Assembly: GCA_963652165.1 (NCBI GenBank) | Contig: CAVJRM010000001.1 | Coordinates: forward strand, 91,793 to 123,792 | DNA from: a bacterium | Lineage (GTDB): Bacteria; Bacillota; Clostridia; Oscillospirales; Acutalibacteraceae | DNA length: 32,000 nt | Reading direction: 5' to 3' | Shown: in pieces, positions 26,038-32,000 of the stretch | Layout: every line of letters begins with the position of its first letter | Numbering within the stretch: the first letter of the stretch is position 1 | Position numbers and translations under genes: made by a program | The notes under the pieces: generated by a model | What the model was told of the DNA's origin: nothing | Seen by the model: only the letters and a program-made list of their open reading frames with translations | Databases searched by the model: none

Positions 26038-27345
26038 ATGGCAGTCAAAATCTCCTCTGTTGAGAAAGGCAGTATTGCAGACAAAAAAGGAATTGAAACC
26101 GGTGATACTATAATCTCAATAAACGGCAACGAAATAAAAGATGTGCTTGATTACCGTTTTCACCTAAATAATTCAAAGCTGAAGATTGAGATAATAAAGC
26201 AAAAAGGCAAAACAAAGCACTATAAAATTCATAAAGACGAATTTGATGATATAGGCCTTGACTTTGAAACTTATCTTATGGATAAGCAACATTCCTGCAA
26301 AAACAAATGCATCTTTTGCTTTATTGATCAGCTTCCCGACGGCCTTAGGGACAGCCTGTATTTTAAAGATGATGACGACAGATTATCTTTCTTATTTGGA
26401 AATTACGTAACCTTGACCAATCTTGATGATAATGAGGTTGAAAGGCTCATAAAGATGCACATCAGCCCTATAAACATATCCGTGCATACGATGAACCCTG
26501 TACTTAGGGTTGAAATGATGAAAAATCCACGCTCGGGCGAATGTCTCAAATACATAAAAAAATTTGCGGATGCAGGGCTTAGCATAAACGCTCAGCTTGT
26601 TCTGTGCCCGGGTATAAACGATGGGAAAGAGCTTGAGTATTCATTAACTGAACTTTTCAAATATTATCCGTCAATGTGCAGTATTGCCTGTGTACCCGTA
26701 GGGCTTACTAAATTCAGGCAGAACCTGCCTCACCTAAGCGCTTACAACAAAGATACGGCCGGCGAGGTCATTGACATAATTGACAGCTACAATGAGAAAT
26801 TCAAAGAAACCCATGGCGTAAAAATCGCTTACGCATCGGATGAATTTTATTTGATAGCCGAAAGAGAAATGCCCTCTGCAGATTATTATGATGATTTTCC
26901 CCAGCTTGAAAACGGGGTTGGAATGTGGACTTTGCTAAAAGATGAATTTACAGAGGCATTAGGCGAATGTGAAATCAAAAGCCTAAACAGAAAAATCACC
27001 CTTGCAACAGGCACGGCGGCATATCCGCTTATAAGTGAGCTTTCAAGCCTTGCAATGAATAAAATTCAGGGGCTTGAAATCAAAGTGGAAGCAATAAAAA
27101 ATAAATTATTCGGTGAAAGCATTACTGTTTCGGGGCTTATCACCGGAGGAGATATAATCTCCTCACTTAAAGATAAAGAAATTGGCGAAGAACTTTTAAT
27201 TCCACCTAACTGTTTACGCAGTGAGGGAGATATGTTTCTTGATAATATGACAATTGAGGAGCTGAGCAATGCTCTCGGAGTTAAAGTAAGCCAATGTGGC
27301 AGCAGCGGTGCAGAAATGCTCGCTTCAATAATCGGAGGTAAATAA
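26038..27345 (+). CDS. DUF512 protein: N-terminal PDZ domain plus radical-SAM-like CX3CX2C core
   Basis: It has a PDZ-like N-terminus (VEKGSIADKKGIETGDTIISING), then CKNKCIFCFIDQLP (CX3CX2C) and FLFGNYVTLTNL. The start ATG 26038 (after AGGTGA) is preferred over 26017. The stop overlaps the der ATG by 1 nt. Confidence 0.85.
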   Translation: MAVKISSVEKGSIADKKGIETGDTIISINGNEIKDVLDYRFHLNNSKLKIEIIKQKGKTKHYKIHKDEFDDIGLDFETYLMDKQHSCKNKCIFCFIDQLPDGLRDSLYFKDDDDRLSFLFGNYVTLTNLDDNEVERLIKMHISPINISVHTMNPVLRVEMMKNPRSGECLKYIKKFADAGLSINAQLVLCPGINDGKELEYSLTELFKYYPSMCSIACVPVGLTKFRQNLPHLSAYNKDTAGEVIDIIDSYNEKFKETHGVKIAYASDEFYLIAEREMPSADYYDDFPQLENGVGMWTLLKDEFTEALGECEIKSLNRKITLATGTAAYPLISELSSLAMNKIQGLEIKVEAIKNKLFGESITVSGLITGGDIISSLKDKEIGEELLIPPNCLRSEGDMFLDNMTIEELSNALGVKVSQCGSSGAEMLASIIGGK

Positions 27346-28676
27346 TGGCAGGCAATGTAGTAGCCATCGTCGGAAGACCGAATGTTGGCAAATCAACCCT
27401 TTTTAACAAACTTATCGGCACAAGGATGTCAATAGTTGATGACACTCCCGGTGTAACAAGAGATAGAATATACGGCGAATGTGAGTGGCTCGGCAGGCGT
27501 TTTATGCTTGTTGATACCGGTGGTATTGAGCCTGCAAGCGATGATATTATTCTTAAACAAATGTCAAGGCAGGCACAGCTCGCCATTGACAGCGCAGAAG
27601 TTATAATTCTTGTAACGGATATTAGGTCCGGCGTTGTAGCAACGGACATGGAAGTTGCAAGTATGCTGCAAAAGAGCGGCAAGCCCATTATACTTGCAGT
27701 AAACAAATGTGACACCATCGGTGAACTCCCCGCAGATTTTTATGAATTTTACAATCTCGGCCTCGGTGACCCTATAGCCGTTTCATCGGTTCACGGCCAC
27801 GGCACAGGTGATTTACTTGATGAGGTGCTTAAATATTTGCCGGATGACAGCATAGATGAAACAGACTCCGATGAATATATTAAAGTTGCCGTTATCGGCA
27901 AGCCCAATGTGGGCAAATCTTCCCTTGTAAATGCTGTTCTCGGCGAAAACAGGATGATTGTTTCCGATATTGCCGGCACAACCCGTGACGCAACGGATTC
28001 AATAGTCGAAAACGAATACGGTAAATTTGTTTTCATTGACACAGCAGGACTCAGGCGTAAAAGCAAAGTTTATGACCAAATAGAAAAATATTCCGTAATC
28101 CGTGCAAGAATGGCTGTTGAAAGAGCGCAGGTTTGCGTGATTATGATTGATGCAACCGAAGGTTTTACAGAGCAAGATTCAAAAGTTGCCGGAATTGCTC
28201 ACGAAATGGGCAAGGGCTGTGTTATAGCAGTCAACAAATGGGATGCAGTTGAAAAAGACGGCAAAACCATGGATAAAGAGCGTAAAAAACTTATGAATGA
28301 TTTTTCGTTTATGAGCTACGCCCCTATCATTTTCATTTCAGCCAAAGAAGGCCTCAGACTTGACAGACTTTTTGAGCTTATTAAGTTTGTAGACACTCAA
28401 AACGCAATGAGAATATCCACCGGTAAATTAAACGAAGTGCTTGCAGACGCCACGGCAAGAGTTCAGCCCCCCACAGATAAGGGCAAGAGGCTTAAAATTT
28501 ACTATATGACTCAGGCATCCACAAGACCGCCGACATTCATTTGCTTTGTAAATAATGCAGAGCTGTTCCATTACAGCTATCAAAGATATATTGATAACCA
28601 AATAAGAGAAGTATTCGGCCTTGAAGGCACACCCACAAGAATGGTAATTCGTGAAAGAGAGTCAAAGAAGAAATGA
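27345..28676 (+). CDS. der: Ribosome-biogenesis GTPase Der (EngA)
   Basis: It has two tandem G domains (GRPNVGKSTLFN and GKPNVGKSSLVN) plus a KH-like C-terminal domain. It is 443 aa. Confidence 0.96.
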   Translation: MAGNVVAIVGRPNVGKSTLFNKLIGTRMSIVDDTPGVTRDRIYGECEWLGRRFMLVDTGGIEPASDDIILKQMSRQAQLAIDSAEVIILVTDIRSGVVATDMEVASMLQKSGKPIILAVNKCDTIGELPADFYEFYNLGLGDPIAVSSVHGHGTGDLLDEVLKYLPDDSIDETDSDEYIKVAVIGKPNVGKSSLVNAVLGENRMIVSDIAGTTRDATDSIVENEYGKFVFIDTAGLRRKSKVYDQIEKYSVIRARMAVERAQVCVIMIDATEGFTEQDSKVAGIAHEMGKGCVIAVNKWDAVEKDGKTMDKERKKLMNDFSFMSYAPIIFISAKEGLRLDRLFELIKFVDTQNAMRISTGKLNEVLADATARVQPPTDKGKRLKIYYMTQASTRPPTFICFVNNAELFHYSYQRYIDNQIREVFGLEGTPTRMVIRERESKKK

Positions 28677-29173
28677 TAGTTCTCGGCATTGACCCCGGCT
28701 ATGCCATAGTAGGCTGTGGTGTAGTTGAATATAAAGCCAATAAATTCAAAATGTTAGAGTACGGTGCCATAACCACAGATGCCAACACCCCTTTTAACGA
28801 AAGGCTTGAAAAAATTTGGGATGAGGCAACCGCTCTTATGCAAAAATACCCCATTGAAGCTGTTGCAATGGAAAAGTTGTTTTTTAACACAAACCAAAAA
28901 ACAGCAATAGATGTAGCTCAGGCAAGAGGTGTTCTTGTGCTTGCAGCTCAAAAAAATAAAATTCCAATTTATGAATATACTCCCCTACAGGTTAAGCAAA
29001 GTGTTGTAGGCTACGGCAGAGCAGAGAAAAAGCAAGTTCAGGAAATGACAAGAATTATGCTTAATCTTGAAAAAATTCCCAAACCCGATGATGCCGCCGA
29101 TGCCCTTGCAATGGCAATTTGCCACTGCCACAGTGCAGGTTCCCTGTTGGGCTCACTGAAAATGAGAGGATAA
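28673..29173 (+). CDS. ruvC: Crossover junction endodeoxyribonuclease RuvC
   Basis: It begins IVLGIDPGYAIVGCGV and has the acidic catalytic residues (D in GIDPG, E in AMEKLFF, DDAADALAMAICH). It is 166 aa. Its ATG overlaps the der stop (ATGA). Confidence 0.93.
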   Translation: MIVLGIDPGYAIVGCGVVEYKANKFKMLEYGAITTDANTPFNERLEKIWDEATALMQKYPIEAVAMEKLFFNTNQKTAIDVAQARGVLVLAAQKNKIPIYEYTPLQVKQSVVGYGRAEKKQVQEMTRIMLNLEKIPKPDDAADALAMAICHCHSAGSLLGSLKMRG

Positions 29174-29179
29174 ACTATT

Positions 29180-29788
29180 ATGTTTTACAGTATCACAGGC
29201 ACAGTTGTTTTTACAGGTGAAAATGCCATTGCTCTTGATTGCAACGGTGTAGCATTTTACCTAACCACCACATTAACCACATTAAAAAGCTGTGCTTCCA
29301 TCGGAGAAAAGCAAACTTTATACACTTATCTCAGTGTTAAAGAAGATTCTCTTGACCTTTTCGGATTTGCACAAAACAGTGAGCTTGAATGTTTCAAAAT
29401 GCTTATCGGAATTACGGGCGTAGGCCCCAAGGCGGCTGTTGCGATTCTTTCCGCTCTTACTCCGGATGCCCTTGCCCTTGCGGTTGCAAGCGATGACGCA
29501 AAATCAATTACCGCCGCCCAAGGAATAGGCACAAAAATTGCAAACAGAATAATTCTTGAACTTAAAGGCAAGCTGGATTCCTTCGCATCATCCTCTCAGG
29601 CGCTGGGCAATATTGCAGCAGCAAAGAAATCCTCTGTAAGCTATGCAGGGGAAGAAGCTGTTAATGCACTTGTTTCTCTCGGATTTTCAAGGAGCGAAGC
29701 AGGCGTTGCCGTGGGCAAACTTGACGGTGATTTATCTACCGAAGAAATGATTAAAAAAGCGCTTAATGTGCTATCAAAAAATATTTAA
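29180..29788 (+). CDS. ruvA: Holliday junction branch migration complex subunit RuvA
   Basis: It has an OB-like N-terminus, an HhH pair (LIGITGVGPKAAVAILS...AQGIGTKIANRIILELK) and a C-terminal domain III (EAVNALVSLGFSRSEA). Confidence 0.93.
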   Translation: MFYSITGTVVFTGENAIALDCNGVAFYLTTTLTTLKSCASIGEKQTLYTYLSVKEDSLDLFGFAQNSELECFKMLIGITGVGPKAAVAILSALTPDALALAVASDDAKSITAAQGIGTKIANRIILELKGKLDSFASSSQALGNIAAAKKSSVSYAGEEAVNALVSLGFSRSEAGVAVGKLDGDLSTEEMIKKALNVLSKNI

Positions 29789-29800
29789 GGAGGGAAATGA

Positions 29801-30832
29801 ATGGAAACAGATTTTGAAAGCAGATTTGTGGGCGCAGAATATTCTGACTCCGATGATAGTGATGTTGAGCTTTCCCTCCGCCCGAAAATTCTTGATGATT
29901 ACATAGGTCAAGATAAAGTTAAAGAAAATCTCTCTGTTTACATTGAGGCGGCAAAGCAAAGAAACGACCCCCTTGACCATGTGCTCCTTTACGGCCCTCC
30001 GGGCCTTGGCAAAACCACCCTTGCAGGCATTATTGCAAATGAGATGGGTGTTAATTTCAGAGTTACAAGCGGCCCTGCCATTGAAAAGCCCGGTGACCTT
30101 GCCGCTTTGCTTACAAATCTAAATGACGGCGATGTACTTTTTATTGACGAAATTCACAGGCTTTCAAGGCAAGTTGAAGAAGTCCTTTATCCTGCTATGG
30201 AAGATAATGAGCTGGATATAATAATCGGCAAAGGCCCATCCGCAAGGTCAATTCGCCTTGATTTGCATAAATTCACCCTTGTAGGTGCTACCACAAGAGC
30301 AGGTCAGCTTTCAGCCCCTCTTCGTGACCGTTTCGGCGTAATATTCCGTTTGGAGCTTTACACTCCACAGCAGCTTGCACAGATTGTTACCCGTTCCGCA
30401 GGTATATTGGGCATAGATATTGCCCCCGAAGGAGCTTATGAAATTGCTTCAAGGTCAAGAGGCACGCCGAGAATTGCCAACAGATTTCTCAAGAGGGCAA
30501 GGGATTTTGCTCAAATTGTAGGTGACGGCTCTATCACAAAAGAAGTTGCCGCAATTGCCCTTTCGAAAATGGAAGTTGATAACCTTGGGCTTGATTCCAT
30601 TGACAGACTTATTTTGACCACTATGATTAGAAATTACAATGGCGGCCCTGTCGGCCTTGAAACCATTGCCGCAGCCGTAGGCGAAGAAGCCATTACCATA
30701 GAGGATGTTTATGAGCCGTATCTTATGCAGCTGGGCTTTTTGAGTAGAACTCCCCGTGGCAGATGTGTTTCCCCTGCCGGATATGCTCATCTCGGTATAC
30801 CCATGCCGGGGCAGCAAAAACTTGATGTGTGA
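29801..30832 (+). CDS. ruvB: Holliday junction branch migration DNA helicase RuvB
   Basis: It has AAA+ Walker [12 protein letters not shown], Walker [10 protein letters not shown], sensor residues and the winged-helix C-terminus. It is 343 aa. Confidence 0.96.
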   Translation: METDFESRFVGAEYSDSDDSDVELSLRPKILDDYIGQDKVKENLSVYIEAAKQRNDPLDHVLLYGPPGLGKTTLAGIIANEMGVNFRVTSGPAIEKPGDLAALLTNLNDGDVLFIDEIHRLSRQVEEVLYPAMEDNELDIIIGKGPSARSIRLDLHKFTLVGATTRAGQLSAPLRDRFGVIFRLELYTPQQLAQIVTRSAGILGIDIAPEGAYEIASRSRGTPRIANRFLKRARDFAQIVGDGSITKEVAAIALSKMEVDNLGLDSIDRLILTTMIRNYNGGPVGLETIAAAVGEEAITIEDVYEPYLMQLGFLSRTPRGRCVSPAGYAHLGIPMPGQQKLDV

Positions 30833-30846
30833 TAAAGAGGAAAAAT

Positions 30847-31713
30847 ATGAGAATTTCAAACTCATGGAAAGATTATGAGCTGATTGATTGCTCCGACGGA
30901 GAAAGGCTTGAAAGATGGAAAGATATTATTCTTATCAGACCTGACCCTCAGGTTATTTGGAAAACTCCGAAAGAAAATAAAAATTGGTATAATCCCCATG
31001 CTATATATAACCGTTCAAATACCGGTGGAGGCAGCTGGCAAGTGTGCAAAAAGATGCCGGAGATTTGGCAGGTAGGTTTCAAAGATTTACAATTTAATAT
31101 TAAAACTATGGGCTTTAAGCACACAGGCCTTTTCCCCGAGCAAGCGGTTAACTGGGAAATGACAGCCGATATTATCAAAAAAGCAAATAGGCCCGTAAAA
31201 GTATTAAATTTATTCGCATACACCGGTGGTGCGACTATTGCCGCTCTTAATGCAGGGGCAAGCGTTACCCATGTTGATGCCTCAAAAGGTATGACCTTAT
31301 GGGCAAAAGAAAACGCCGCTGCAAGCCATGTGGCAGATAAAAGCGTAAGGTGGCTTGTGGATGACTGTATGAAATTTGTACAAAGAGAAATCCGCAGAGG
31401 CAACACTTACGACATTATCATAATGGACCCACCCTCATACGGCAGAGGCCCCGGCGGAGAAGTTTGGAAGCTGGAAAACGAAGTTTACGGCTTTGTGGAA
31501 GAATGTGCAAAACTTCTTACAGACGATTCACTTATGATGCTTATAAACTCCTACACAACAGGGCTTTCACCAAGTGTAATGGAATATATTCTCGGCGAAA
31601 CGGTACAAATGAAATTCGGTGGCACAACCGAAAGTGATGAAATAGGCTTACCTGTTTCTTCTAAACCCGGCAGAGTTCTCCCCTGCGGTGCAAGTGCCAT
31701 TTGGAAAAAATGA
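30847..31713 (+). CDS. Class I SAM-dependent methyltransferase (COG1092 / RlmI-like catalytic domain without an obvious PUA domain)
   Basis: Motifs are FKHTGLFPEQAVNW, SAM-binding VLNLFAYTGGATIAA and catalytic IIMDPPSYG. The start is ATG 30847, with AAGAGG 6 nt upstream. The track start, GTG 30829, overlaps the ruvB stop. Confidence 0.8.
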   Translation: MRISNSWKDYELIDCSDGERLERWKDIILIRPDPQVIWKTPKENKNWYNPHAIYNRSNTGGGSWQVCKKMPEIWQVGFKDLQFNIKTMGFKHTGLFPEQAVNWEMTADIIKKANRPVKVLNLFAYTGGATIAALNAGASVTHVDASKGMTLWAKENAAASHVADKSVRWLVDDCMKFVQREIRRGNTYDIIIMDPPSYGRGPGGEVWKLENEVYGFVEECAKLLTDDSLMMLINSYTTGLSPSVMEYILGETVQMKFGGTTESDEIGLPVSSKPGRVLPCGASAIWKK

Positions 31714-31730
31714 ATTAAAGGATACCCTAA

Positions 31731-32000
31731 ATGAGCGAAAAACTTATTGAATTTAAAAATGTGTCATATTCTTATGAAGGTGATGAAGAAGGAAAGTTAC
31801 TTCCGCCTACTCTTAAGAATATCACTCTTGACATAAATAAAGGCGAATTTGTTGCTGTGCTTGGGCACAACGGCTCAGGTAAAAGCACCCTTGCAAAGCT
31901 CTGCAATGCAATATTTGAGCCAACGGAAGGCACCGTAACAGTTGAAGGTATCCCCTCAAATTCAGAAGAAAACGGGGATAAAATTCGCCGTAAAGTCGGT
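31731..32000 (+). CDS. ecfA: Energy-coupling-factor (ECF) transporter ATPase EcfA, N-terminal 90 codons (truncated by the window end)
   Basis: My own translation from ATG 31731 is MSEKLIEFKNVSYSYEGDEEGKLLPPTLKNITLDINKGEFVAVLGHNGSGKSTLAKL... It carries the Walker A GHNGSGKST that is typical of EcfA. Confidence 0.85.
   Translation, partial: MSEKLIEFKNVSYSYEGDEEGKLLPPTLKNITLDINKGEFVAVLGHNGSGKSTLAKLCNAIFEPTEGTVTVEGIPSNSEENGDKIRRKVG

Noticed and set aside
1-32000. I looked for mobile elements, CRISPR arrays, defence or toxin-antitoxin modules, prophage genes, and tRNA or rRNA genes across the whole window.
   Set aside because: Every ORF of substantial length has a housekeeping identity. There are no transposase, integrase or recombinase motifs. 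I saw no regularly spaced direct repeats and no GC-rich cloverleaf-sized segments in the short intergenic regions. Apart from the AT-rich 13756-14111 spacer, composition looks uniform by eye.

Overview
This window is core chromosome from a low-GC Gram-positive, Clostridia-like organism (inferred from gene content only). I call 35 protein-coding genes in six alternating strand blocks. (1) A dcw cell-wall and division cluster lies on the minus strand: mraZ-rsmH-ftsL-PBP-murE-murF-ftsW-murG-ftsQ-ftsZ, with ftsZ truncated by the window edge. (2) Plus strand: rpsT, then a small membrane protein plus an acyl carrier protein, then nagA. (3) Minus strand: rpsF-ssb-rpsR and an acyl-CoA ligase. (4) Plus strand: uvrC, obg, Mini-RNase III, yitT-like, yebC, queT. 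(5) Minus strand: rsmD-coaD, a coiled-coil protein and a HAD phosphatase. (6) Plus strand: DUF512-der-ruvC-ruvA-ruvB, a methyltransferase and the start of an ECF ATPase gene. I found no rRNA, tRNA, CRISPR array, transposase, integrase, phage gene or recognisable defence or toxin gene. Composition looks uniform apart from one AT-rich spacer. I do not see a convincing novel multi-gene system, and the window reads as ordinary housekeeping DNA. The items worth a second look are small. The queT leader has loop and tail segments resembling a preQ1-I aptamer, split by an extra hairpin, with a chain of mutually exclusive helices reaching the SD. An exact-consensus promoter drives a 57-aa Cys-tailed membrane peptide plus an orphan ACP. 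A roughly 350-nt unassigned AT-rich spacer is rich in repeated motifs. The rpsF leader carries twin hairpins with swapped arms. The dcw cluster lacks mraY, murD and ftsA and has an internal terminator-like hairpin. The PBP is oversized, with apparent insertions. Protein calls rest on motifs read from the supplied translations. Start codons were refined by eye from Shine-Dalgarno (SD) spacing. No searches or RNA folding were run.
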